The notes under the pieces were generated by a model. The model was not told the DNA's origin and ran no database searches. It was given only the letters and a program-made list of their open reading frames with translations. Both the position numbers and the translations under genes were made by a program. DNA of 64,000 nt from Takakia lepidozioides (lineage: Eukaryota; Plantae; Bryophyta). How positions within the stretch are numbered: position 1 is the stretch's first letter; each line of letters starts with the position of its first letter. The stretch lies in the NCBI GenBank assembly GCA_030704615.1, contig CM060732.1:4526001-4590000 (forward strand). The letters run 5' to 3'. This document shows positions 38,274 to 49,983 of this stretch, piece after piece.

Positions 38274-41200
38274 TGTCGAGCGGCTTTTACTCACCCATCC
38301 CTTAGCTATCCGAGGTGGAAACTCCAAGATAGAATAGTTGGAAATCTCTAAGTACTTAGCCCACTCAGAACAATCAGTCATGACCTACAGCTAGTGTATC
38401 ATGGGGGTACTTCCTATTTGTATTCCTTCTCGCATTTATGTTAGCAAGTTACCTTACTGTCTATAATTAAGTATCAGATTGCTTCAGCAATCTACAAGCA
38501 ATCTGCTAGGTTTCATCCACTCATCCATTCATTCCACAGCTTCACTCAGGTCTCTCCACACAGTGTGAGTATGAAAAATGTGTCAGATTAATATCTATCA
38601 AGTATCAGGCCGAAGCCATGGTGTCTCTAATCTGCTCTACAGTGCATCACTACAGCTTGCATATATCAAGCATCAACAGATCGTCTCTCATCCTTCACCG
38701 TGCTCTCCATCCTTGCGCTCCAGTTCGTGCTCTCCGCCTGATCTCCTCTAGTGATGACCAAGAAGTGCTCCAAGAAGTGACCCCATCCCTGTTGCTACTT
38801 TGCCTATTCTACCTGCAAGCTGTTCTAACCGCCTAACTAACTAACTGTCATTCAAGACAGAATGCACGCTCCTTGTGCAGATGTCGTCCCCACATAGTCG
38901 TTCCCTGCCAATGATAACCGTTCCCTGTGTACGCTGTGCCGGGCTGTGCCAAGTTGTGTCGGGTTGTGACTGTGTCGAGCTGTGACTGGCTGTGTCGGAC
39001 TGTGATTGACTGTGTGACGCTGTGTCAGACTGTGTGAGGCTGTGTCAGACTGTGTTAGGCTGTGTCTGACTGTGGTAGACTGTGGTAGACTGTGGTAGGC
39101 TGTGTAAGGCTGTGACTGACTGTGTTAGGCTGTGTCCGGCTGTGTCAAGCTGTGTCTAACTGCGTAAGACTGTGACAAGTTGTGTCAGGTTGTGTCAGGC
39201 TGTGTAAGCCTGTGACTGACTGTGTAAGCCTGCCTACCACCCCTAAGGCCTATGTCTGTCACCCCTAAGGCCTCTGTTGGTCTGAGCCTACCATCCTAAG
39301 TCTGCGCAAAATTAAGGGTACCCCACAGAACCCGTAAAACTGTCTAAGTCCCAGACAGCCCTCTAACATTATCTCTCATCCTCTAAAAAAACCGTGTCCT
39401 CACGGTTTACTATTTAGGATCAGCAAACCTTTGTGAACGAGTACCCTTCTGCCGGTGAGAGTCCCTTGGAGGGCTCTGTGTGCGAGCCCGAGCCATGTCG
39501 CTGGTTGGTGGAGATGATTGTCCACCAAATGGAAATGACTGCCCTTCCTTTGGCTAATAAGGAGGTAACTTCTCAGGCATAGGAGATCCCCTTCGTTTCT
39601 TCCCTGCCATTTGTATGCATAATCCTCAGCCATGTCAAAAGGTTCCTCCATAGAACCAGTTGTATCAGAATTATCTTCCCCCTGGTGGCCTTTCGGTGCC
39701 CTGACCTTATGTGGCTTCTCAGGAATCCTGAGTAACATATAGTGTTTGCCCACCATGTCTGGAAGCCTAAACTTTAAAACTTGTATCAATCTCTTGCGGG
39801 AAAAATTAGTGTACTCCCGCAGCTCCTCATCTGTATAGTTGAGTGGTAAGCCAATGACGTTGGAGAAGTGTAACCACTTTCTGGCTTCATGCCTCATGTC
39901 AAGACCCAAGTTTTCCTTGGCCAAATTCTCCAGAGCAAAAGTAAACCAAGAACGAAGTTGGGAATCCTTCTGTACCATGATTCTTACATCATACAGATAT
40001 GTATGTAATGGAACCGAAGGTATCACCCAATGATCCCCATTGGAATAAGTCTGAAATCTCATCTACATCTTCTGCTGCTCAATGTGATAGAGTGCAATAA
40101 AACAAGCAGCATAATACAGTCCACAACCCATGACCAAACTAGGTATCTCCTTGGTCTTGGTGTAGATGTATCCATGAACAATCTGGAAGACAATTAATTC
40201 CTTCAGCATGGTGCCTGCCTCAGACCAGTACCGTGCAAAATGGTGATCTTCAATGGGTCTGTCATTTGGAAGAACTTTAGTCCGAGTTGCCACTGACAAC
40301 CAAATGCGCATAATCTGGTAATAGTGTGCCAAAGACTCTGGAGGACTGAATTCTTTCCAAGCCAAATCCATAACAATGGGAATTTGGTTAAAGGGCATAA
40401 TCATAGCCCGATTGTATTCACGTGCAGCAGGAGTAGTAGGTGGGTTAAAAGAAGCATCACCCCAAACCTCAGATTGCTGCAGTGCCATTGTATCAACACT
40501 GTCGACCTGGTGTGGTTGCTGTGATATTGGCGCCACTGTCCCTCCTGATGTTGGCAAGTCCTACACCTCCTGTGCTGAAGATTGGAAAATCAGAGTCCTT
40601 GCGTGCAATTAAGTAGCCACGAGTTGTTCCTCAGGAACAAAAGCCATTTTGTCAATGTCGGAGCTCAAGTCATCTACTTGAGTCTGCAGCCCTTCTACAT
40701 CCTCCTGTAACTCAGCTATCCGACTACAGACATTGTCTATAGTGGTTGTGGCAATGTTATGCACCCGTAGCCTGAGATCATTCATCTCCTCTTGGGTGAG
40801 CTTTCTTGGTGCCTTCCCTTCCACTGGCCCTTGTGTTAACCACTCTTGCAAAAGATGATTATCCACCAAGTCCTGTGTAGCACCACGTAGATCCTGCTCC
40901 TCCTTGAATCTATATATTTCCCACTGCTGCTGTAAACTCTCCATGCGCTGTGCATGAGGTTCAACCAGAGCTACATAGGCAGCGGACAGATTATTGGCTT
41001 CTTTCCAGGCCTTGTCAGTCACAAAAAAGCTCATTCTCCCGTACTGTGATTGTTTGCTGCAACTCAAGGATGTACCTGTCCTTCTGGGCATCGACCTGGT
41101 GGTACTACTGAAAGGTATCCTCATTGCGATAGATAGTAGCCTTCATGTCAGCAATGAGTTTTGCCTGTTCCACTGACTCTGTCTCCGCCATTAAACATCT

Positions 41201-43564
41201 CTCAGCTTGGTTCTTAACTTCTAGTGCAGTCAGCTCCAAATTAGTCGTTAGTGTGGCACATTGTATGGTCATTCTCTGATGGACTGCTTCCAACTTTGCT
41301 TATGTACTTCATGCAACTTCTCCTGCTCCAGACCTGCTTCAATCAAGTTTTCCTTCGCAAGCTGTAGAGCAGATTTAGTAACTGGAGTTCCTGCTTTTGG
41401 TGTTCCATGCCAACTCTGATCAAAGATTTCTGTCAAATCTTTAATCCAGGGATGTACCTCAGATCTTTCACCTCGTGGTTGATCTTCTTCCTGTACCGAT
41501 TCCCTTAATCTTTCTTGTAAAGAATAAGAATGAGTGGCATCCAACTCTAGTTCCTCCGGTATGGGTGATGTACTCTTCGATCTTAATGGTGTGAGAGGTC
41601 TAGTTGATTCTCCTATGTCTATTCCTCTCTCCCAAAGATATGGATGATTAGCTTTCAAATAACTTTCTCTTTTTGCTGAATATCTTTGAAGTCTAGCTTT
41701 TCTTTCATCACTCATGTCCCATGTCTTTCATATCTTCAATAACCAGAACTTTCTTCTGTAATATCTCTCGTATATGCCTAGATTTCTTTCAAGCTTCAAT
41801 GCTCCCTTGGCTATACTAGAGGTCTCTGTTACCATATAACCATATGGCAAGCACGTCTGAAAAGCTGTTCTTGGTGTCAATTTGATCCACAGGATATCCT
41901 TAGAAATCCAATTCTTTACCAGTACCAACTCTTCATGCATATGAGTGTAAACATTCACTTTCCGTTCCTCCCAGCCTTCAAACTCCATTTGATGGATAGC
42001 AACGCTATCATATAAACCAGCGTTGGTAACCAACTTGCTCTCCCTCTACAGGCCACCTGATAAATCTTTATCACTCCTTTCTCCAGACCCCACTCAGGAT
42101 CTGCATCACGCACTCTCTTAAGAATGTTTTCTTTGCAACCGTCTGGCAGTTCCAAGAATCTCTGAAAGAATTGCTTGGACAACCTTTCTTTCTCAGTTCC
42201 ACAAGGAATTTGATTCACATCAAATTCTTTAATTCTCCAACCACCATGATCCCACCAGATGCCTGTCACATCTGGTTGTTCTTGACCCAGTTCCCCAGTA
42301 TGGTCGCCAAATGTCGAGCGGCTTTTACTCACCCATCCCTTTGCTATCCGAGGTGGAAACTCCAAGATAGAAGAGTTGGATATCTCTAAGCACTCAGCCT
42401 GCTCAGAACAATCAGTCATGACCTACAGCTAGTGAATCATGGTTGTGCTTCCTATTTGTATTTCTTCTTGCCTTCATGTTAGCAATTTACCTTACTGTGT
42501 ATACTGAAGCATCAGTTTGCTTCAGTAACTACCAGGTTCCATTCACTCATCCATTCATTCCACAACTTCACTCATGTCTCTCTACACAGTGTGATTGTAT
42601 CGAATAAGTATCAGATTATGATTTATCAGGTATCAAGCCAATGTCTTGGTGTCTCCAATCTGCCCTACAGTATCACTACAGCTTTGTATGTAACAAGCAT
42701 CTACTGTTCATCTTTCCTCCTTCACCATGCTCTCCATCCTTGCTCCCATTCTTGCTCTCCGCCTGATCTCCTCTCATGCATGTCCAAGAAGCGCTCCCCG
42801 TGAAGTGATCCCCTACCTGGTGCTGCTCTGCCTAATCTACCTGCAAGCTGTTCCAACCGCCTAACTAACTAACTCTTTCTGCAACTTGAGGTTGGCCTCC
42901 ACATCCACCTTGTTTGCACACTCAGTGGCAATTCTTGCCTCAAACTCTTGCTTGAGCTCTTCCCTCAATGCTGCCAATTGTGTGGAAGGAACATGGGTTT
43001 GACATAGGTGCCCAACAAATTAAGTGTCATGCTTATGGAACTCATAAGCATGGCCTGCACTGTGGGTCTTCATAGAAAACTTGTTGCTGTTCTTCCTTAT
43101 TCTCCACAGTTTGATGTTTTTGTATCCCAGTCTGTTCTGTTTGCATTGACTATCTTATCCAGATAGTGCATAGTATTTTGTTGGTGGCCTCTGCCTGCCC
43201 ATTGCCCTATGGGTAATAGGTTGTACTCTTCATGTGCACAATCATGAACTCTTTAGTCAATAGTTCTATGGTCTCATTAATGAAATGACTTCCCTGGTCA
43301 CAAATAAATTCCAGGGGGCAGCCAAATCTTGTGAGTATGTTCTCATGTAGGAACCTTGTTGTGGACTTAGCTTTGTTGTCCCTCAGAGCCTTAACTTCCA
43401 CCCACTTTGTAGTATAATCAGTGGTCGTGATTATATACTTGTTCTGTGTATTCCTGGCTAGTGGATTAATTGGTCCAACAAAGTCTAATCCCCATTTCTG
43501 GAATGGTTCAGTAGGCATCATAGGATGCAAAGCCATCTTCCTAGATCTTTGCAAAGGTCCTAGC
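38274..43564 (-). mobile_element. Non-chromovirus Gypsy 3' part: integrase (43554-~43000), extra 3' ORF, PPT and complete ~1.1-kb 3' LTR (39368-38274)
   Basis: Integrase KWGLDFVGP...DYTTKWVE...DQGSHF; LTR starts TGTTAGAG and ends CTCGACA. Confidence 0.88.
42292..42309 (-). other. Primer-binding site, probably tRNA-Arg type
   Basis: TGGCGACCATACTGGGGA located 2 nt after an LTR end (CTCGACA at 42312). Confidence 0.7.
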
Positions 43565-46500
43565 TGTTAGAGGGCTGTTTGGGACTTAGACGCTTTTACG
43601 GGTTCTGTGGGATACCCTTAATTTTGCGCAGACTTACAGATGGTAGACTTAGGCCACACAGGTTTAGGGGTGGTAGACAGGCTCACACAGTCAAGTCATG
43701 GGTTATCACAGCCCGTCACAGTCTATCACAGCTTATCACAGCCCGACATAGCTACGCACAGCTAGTCACAGCCTGACACAGCCCGACACAGCTTTACACA
43801 GCCAGTCACAGCCCAACACAGTTTGGCACAGTCCGTCACAGCGCACGGAGGGAACGGTTATCATTTGCAAGGAACTATTGTGTGGGAACGACATCTGCAG
43901 AGGGAACGTGTTACTTCAAGGGTAAGACAAAGAAGGAGAGGAGGATGTGGCAGAGCCAATGGAGAGTTCAGACTCTCCCACACCACTTCAGTTGAGTTAC
44001 ATGAGTGAGGAAGAAGAAATCCAAGAAAGGAACTTGGAAGATGAAAATAGAGAGAAGAAATTGGAAGAAGAAGAGTATGAAGAAGTAGACCCAATAGTTG
44101 AGGTTGAGACTATAACCAGGACATCCAAACCTGTTGGACCTGGATCAAGTGGAGCACTTGTATCACAGGCCAACAAAGGTGTCGGCTCAGGGGGATCAGG
44201 CGGGCAGCTTGGATCTGGCTCTGGGGGGACAGGGAGTGTGGGAAGTAGTGCAACTGGAGCTGGGAATACTATGAATATAGTGGGGCCAGTAGCAGGGAGT
44301 GCTCAGGGGCCAGCACCTGGTGGGAGTTCCACCACTACTACAACAGGTCCTCAAGGACCAGCACCAGCAGGGGGACCAACACCTGTCAGTGGGCAGGGTG
44401 TAGGGCCGCAGATGGCGGTACAACCAACACGGGCAAAACCACCTTTTCCAATATATGTAGGAAAAAGGGATCCTGATGTACACATCAGCCAATTTGACCA
44501 CATGTGTATTGTGAACAATGAAAATGGCGATGATGCCAAGATGAGACTGTTCCCATGTTCACTTATTAAGAAAGCAAGTGAATGGTATGCAAGATTCCCT
44601 GATAATCATTTCCTAACCTGGAATGGCCTTAGTATAGTATTCCGAAACAGGTTTAGGACAAGCAAAACTGAGGATGAAGTGTATGGGAGTTTACAACAGT
44701 TAAAGCAAAAGAAGCATGGAACTGTTGAGGAGTACATGGAAAAGATGGAATTGATGATGAAAAATTTGGCTGCTATGCCAACACCAGGGTTACAGAAGAC
44801 CTGGTTTGTGAGTGGATTAAGACCTGAATTACAAAAGAAAGTGGACATGCTACCCCATAATACAGTGGAAGAGGCATTTGAAACAGCACACAGAATTGAG
44901 CAATTGGGGATGCTCAGAAGAGAGAAAAGGGATGATGAGGACTCTGAAGAGGAGTCAGATGATGAAGAAGAGCAAGAGCTCAAAAAGAAGAGTAAGAAGA
45001 AGGAAAAGTTGAAGAGGGAAAACTATGAGAAAAGGCTGGATGAGATCTTGAAGAAGTATGCCACAGAGGCTGCAACACATTGGAGGAAGGGTGTTTGGTG
45101 TGCAAAATGCCAGATTGAAGGCCATACCACAGCTGAATGCCACATGAAGGAGAAACACTGTACTATCTGTAAAATGGATAACCATTCTACTGAGAATTGT
45201 TACTACAATAGAAGAACAGCTGCAATAGAACCTAGGCAAGTAAGGGTGCATCAAGTGCAGCCCCAGCCAAGAAGAAACAATGATCAAGACCACTATGGAA
45301 GGCTTGGTGGTTATAACAATGGTATGGAAGGGAGAGGTAATCCAAGAGGGAATTACCAAGGCAATCCCAGGGGCAACTATCAGGGTAATCCAAGGGGGAA
45401 TTACTAGCGAGGGAATCAGGATTATAGAAATAATCCCAGAGCAGATCAAGGGCGAGGACCCAATGGTGAAGAACTGTGTTACTATTGTAAGCAGGCATGA
45501 CATCGCAAGGCAGCCTGTTCATTCTGGATTTGACACCAGAATGAGATGAGAGCTCCTATGAATGAGGGCCCAGTCTGGCAGCTCACATGGTTGGGCCATG
45601 TGTTGTACCAGAAGTAAATACAATGATAGTAACCAGAAGCAAAGCTAAACTAATACCTCCAGTAAATGAGGACGATGATGATAATGAAGATGGCAGTGAT
45701 GTGCCTGAAGATGATGAGGCTTGGAGAGATGAGAAGAAACTGCACAAGGAAGTGGTTGATACCATAAGGGAAATGCAGAAGAGTACTGATATCCCTATGG
45801 CAGATTCCTCTGATTCTGAAAGAGAAGATGAAGTGAGTGAGGATGAAGTGAAGAAAGAAGTTGTACAAGTGCAGGGTAATGAAGGGACTTTGGCTGAAGT
45901 AATATGCCAGTCCAAAGCGGAGATTACCATTGGACGGCTATTGGCTGTGGCACCTCATTGTAGGCATAGGCTGTATCAAGCAATTAATCAGATTGCTCAT
46001 GTGACAGGGAACACAGACCTGAACAACAAGGTGACAAGCTATACCGTGAAGCCAGAAGGGCGAGAAACAGTCATGGACTTTGATGATTCTATGCCAGTAA
46101 TCCAATTGAGAATTGGAAGCACAGACCTGACTGATGTACTGATAGATGGAGGCTCTGGAGTGAATATCATGACAGACCAATTAAGGCTGAAGCTTGGTCT
46201 AAGTAACATGAAACCAGCCCCATTCACAGTAACAATGGCAGATCAAAGAAGTGTTCAGCCATTAGGCTTGATAAGAGGAGTCAAGATACAGATTCAAAAG
46301 ATGATCTTTAAGATCACAGTGACTGTATTGAAAATGGATGATGTCATGGAAGCTTACTCCTTATTGCTAGGTCAACATGGCTGAAACAGGCCAGGGTATT
46401 CCATGACTGGAATTCCCAGTTGCTAACTGTGCATGATGGGAAGCGCAAGATACAAATCACCACTAAGAAATCTAATAGACTACCTGCTACGAGAAGACCT

Positions 46501-47502
46501 CGAGGAGTCAGAGAGTATGACTGGAGAAAATGACTTGATGAGGAACAGAAGGCTACCCTGTTCGCTGCACACCCAGAGTGGGAGCAGGTTGCAGAAATGC
46601 AACTGGAAGGCCTAAGTTGTTTAAAAGGTATCTGTTGTGGTGTAGTAACAGCAACACCAATTGAGGGTGAAACAAGCAGTTACCCACCACATTTCTATGA
46701 AGAAAGAGAGGGAGAAATAGAAATCCTAGAGGAACCAACCACTGTGAGTTTACAAGATGAAGTAGTGGCTGGATGGACAATCACAGCTGAAGAACAGTGG
46801 AGAGAAGTGAATGTGGGAACTGAGGAGGAACCGAGAATGGTGAAAGTGGGGGCTGACTTGGAGCCAGAATTCTTTGAGGAAGCCAAGAGTCTGTTCATCA
46901 AATACAGAGATGTATTTGCGTGGAGCTATGAGGATCTGAAAGGGATACCACCTGAGATCTGTCAGCATAAGATTGAACTGGAACTAGGGTCAGTACCAAT
47001 CAAACAGGCAAGGTACAGAATGAATCCCAACTATGCACAGAAGGTTGGGGAAGAGATCAAGAAGTTAGCTGAGGCTAAGTTCATATACCCGATAGAGTAT
47101 ACAACATGGTTGTCACCCATTGTGATAGTTCCCAAAAAGAATGGTAAAATGAGAGTCTGTGTGAACTATAAGAAGTTGAATGCTTGTACAAAGAAAGATC
47201 CCTTCCCTTTGTCATTCACAGAAGCGGTGCTGGACACTGTGGCAGGCCATGAGATGTACTCATTCATGGATGGCTTCAGTGGGTATAACCAAGTGTAAGT
47301 GACAGAAGAAGACCAGAGAAAGACAGCTTTCATCACAGACTGGGGTGCTTATGCATACAAAGTCATGCCTTTTGGACTTTGTAATGCACCAGCAACTTTT
47401 CAGAGAGCGATAAGTGAATCTTTCCATGAGTATCTGGATGATTTCATGCAGGTGATCTTAGATGACTTCAGTGTGTACAATTCTAAGAATGAGCACTTGC
47501 AT
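43565..47502 (+). mobile_element. Non-chromovirus Gypsy 5' part: truncated LTR, gag (43958-45407 and onward), protease, partial RT
   Basis: LTR start TGTTAGAG; gag with WCAKCQIEGHTTAEC and CTICKMDNHSTENC knuckles and NYQGNPRG repeats; LIDGGSGVNI; FMDGFSGYNQ; ILDDF. Confidence 0.92.
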
Positions 47503-47504
47503 AA

Positions 47505-48057
47505 ATATAGCAGTGCGCCTTCTTCTGCATGGGTGACCGTCGTAGCTGGGAAAATCGGAATCGAGGATGCGCAGGAGCCACAGACTCCTCAGACCAAGAT
47601 CGTCACCCCACTCGAAGGCGTAGTGGCCTAGGATATACTTAAAAGCCACCAATGTTTCCACAATCGAACCAGTATCTTCTCTGTAATCTGTGTACCAGAT
47701 AACAATGTCTCCCGATGTGGCTGAATACATTGCATAATCGATGCCTCCAAATGGGCAGTCGTCCCGGTTCCGGAAGCACGACATCCTTGCAAAGGAGGAC
47801 CTGAGGACGACTTGGATGCCGATGACAATGACCTTGCGGACAACTACGAAGCCCTTAGATTTTGGAAATGATGCGAAGCGGAAGAGCAGTCCGGCCTCCA
47901 ATAATGGAGCATCTGGGTCCCACGTACCCACCGACGGAGGTGGAACGTGTTCATCACGCCAGCGGTGGATGAACCCATACATCTTTCTCATCAACAAGTT
48001 GTAGTTTGAGATCTGACACCGAAGTCCATCCCCCCGGATGGAAATTCGGCGCCGCAT
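47505..48057 (-). other. Unknown ORF, paralogous to 48312-48920; truncated at the Gypsy junction
   Basis: VLRSSFARMSCFRNRDDCPFGGIDYAMYSATSGDIVIW...GHYAFEWG...WLLRILDSDFPSYDGHP aligns with the plus-strand ORF. Confidence 0.6.
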
Positions 48058-48311
48058 TTACATCGAAGAGGGGATGGACTTCGTCGTGTACAGTGGCTAT
48101 CGGCCCACCTGGCAGTGACTGCCCATAGTTTGCATGGCAGGGTAGGAAACTGAAATGGCTACATTCATGCAGCAGCCAATCTTCATCGGTCCAGGATCCT
48201 GTAGGGGGGAAATTTAAATGTGCCCTGGAGTGTTTGTGAGGAATTGCAGCGTTAGCTTGAATTTCTTCCAGCCACCGCGCTGCTACCTCCTCCATCCGGG
48301 AGCTGCTGTCA

Positions 48312-48920
48312 TTGAGCGTATTGCGCTACTCTTTTTCAGGGATGTTGTGCCGCCGAAATCCAGCCGACTGCCCTTATCATGGCCACAATTATGCTATGTT
48401 CAAACCAGAATCAGGAGACATCATTGTCTGGCTCTCTGTTTTCACAGACGCTGCTGGAATCAAGCAAGAGTCTTTGCGCGCAATGGAGTATCTGGAGGGC
48501 TATTACCGCTTTGAGCGAGGTGAGGGCGAGGGTCAATGCGGTCCGTGGGTCCTGAAAATTGTTGACCTCGATATACCAAGCTGGAAAGGGATGCCGGACA
48601 GATCACGCACGGCCTCGCTTTGGCGCTGGAACTGCTGCCAGTGGACCAGGGAGGACGGCACCGGGGAAAACTATATACGTGCAGATCACTCCGCTCTTCC
48701 AGTGTATGGAGACATTCGGCTGAGTTGCGAAGACGAATTGCACGGGCACATGAGGCCCACAGTGACCTTGTCAATGTATGATGGTGGTATCATTGATGGA
48801 CATGACATTGTCGTCGGCTCCAGCAAGGGCAGCAAAACGACCGAATTGCAGTTTACCTCGAGGTGCTGCAGCAGTAATGAGCTTGTTTTGAGAGGTATCG
48901 AAGTTCCGTCGACTTGGTGA
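48312..48920 (+). other. Unknown ORF, paralogous to 47505-48057
   Basis: VLRYSFSGMLCRRNPADCPYHGHNYAMFKPESGDIIVW...GYYRFERG...WVLKIVDLDIPSWKGMP. Confidence 0.6.
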
Positions 48921-49177
48921 AGCCCATGTAGAAGGAGGAAGGGCTTAGTTTTGTCTGCAGTTGGTAAATGTGAGACATCGTGTCCGATCAATAAACCCAT
49001 CGTACCTCACTTCTGTATGATTGTGTTTCATTCTGTTGAATAACTGTCGGAATTGGCCCACTGTTTACAATTTGATGTCTCATTTCTACAATTTGTCTGT
49101 CCGGATGAATATACCAGAGTAACCGGTATGAGAGTCATGTGTCAAGAATATACCAGAGTAACGCCATGTCGGACATT

Positions 49178-49847
49178 GAAATGCGGTGCATCATTTCCGT
49201 CCAGGTACATGAAATACCAACACGGGTCTATAAATTGGACAGACAACGAGGTTGGCATTGCAAATGCGGCGACGCATTTCCAGCTTGGCAATGGAAACTT
49301 CTTTTTGGACAAGGGAATGCGGTGCCGCATTTCCGTCCAACACTTCGAAAAGTGTGACATTTCCGACCAGCGCGATGGAATGCGTTACCGCATTTCCGTG
49401 AGAGGGTCTGCAAATGGACAAATTGCGATGTCCGTTCTGGAAATGCGGCGCCGCATTTCCATGTCCGTCATCGACTTTTTTTTTACAATGGAATGCGGTG
49501 CCAATTTTTGCTGATGGGCCTGCAGTTCGAACAACGACCATCCCCAATATGGAAATGCGGCACCGCATTTCCAATTCCGCCATCTCGACCTCCTTGTTCG
49601 ACCTCCTTGTTCGACCTCTGTAAGCGTGGTGGCATCCATGCAATGAGCGGGAGAGGCCAAAACTGGCGTGTGGACAAAGGAAATTTTGGAAATGCGGCAC
49701 CGCATTTCCAATCGGCCGATTACTTTTTACTATGCCAACATTGAAATGGAAAATTTAGTCCCTCCCCTGTTTTGGAAATGCGGTGCCGCATTTCCAAAAG
49801 AGGTTTTTAGAGTTGCCAAAATTTTGGAAATGCGGTGCCCCATTTCT
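49178..49847. repeat. Loose array of about 10 palindromic GGAAATGCGGYRCCGCATTTCC motifs
   Basis: Copies near 49178, 49261, 49314, 49377, 49439, 49490, 49551, 49688, 49774 and 49825. Confidence 0.9.
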
Positions 49848-49983
49848 GATTTTGGGAGCGTCGTGGTTTGGGCGATTGTGTGGCTGGAATGCACACTGGA
49901 GAGGGGTCACGAATGTTGGGGAGAATTTCCTTTATATACTCTGGAAGAGAATTTACATTTACAGAGACTTCATTAAAATTCTA

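Noticed and set aside
38274-42419. Conserved N-terminal ORF (MTDCSE...SKSRST) with swappable C-termini
   Set aside because: The shared part ends exactly at the LTR terminus (CTCGACA), followed in one copy by a PBS; it is LTR sequence, not a cassette.
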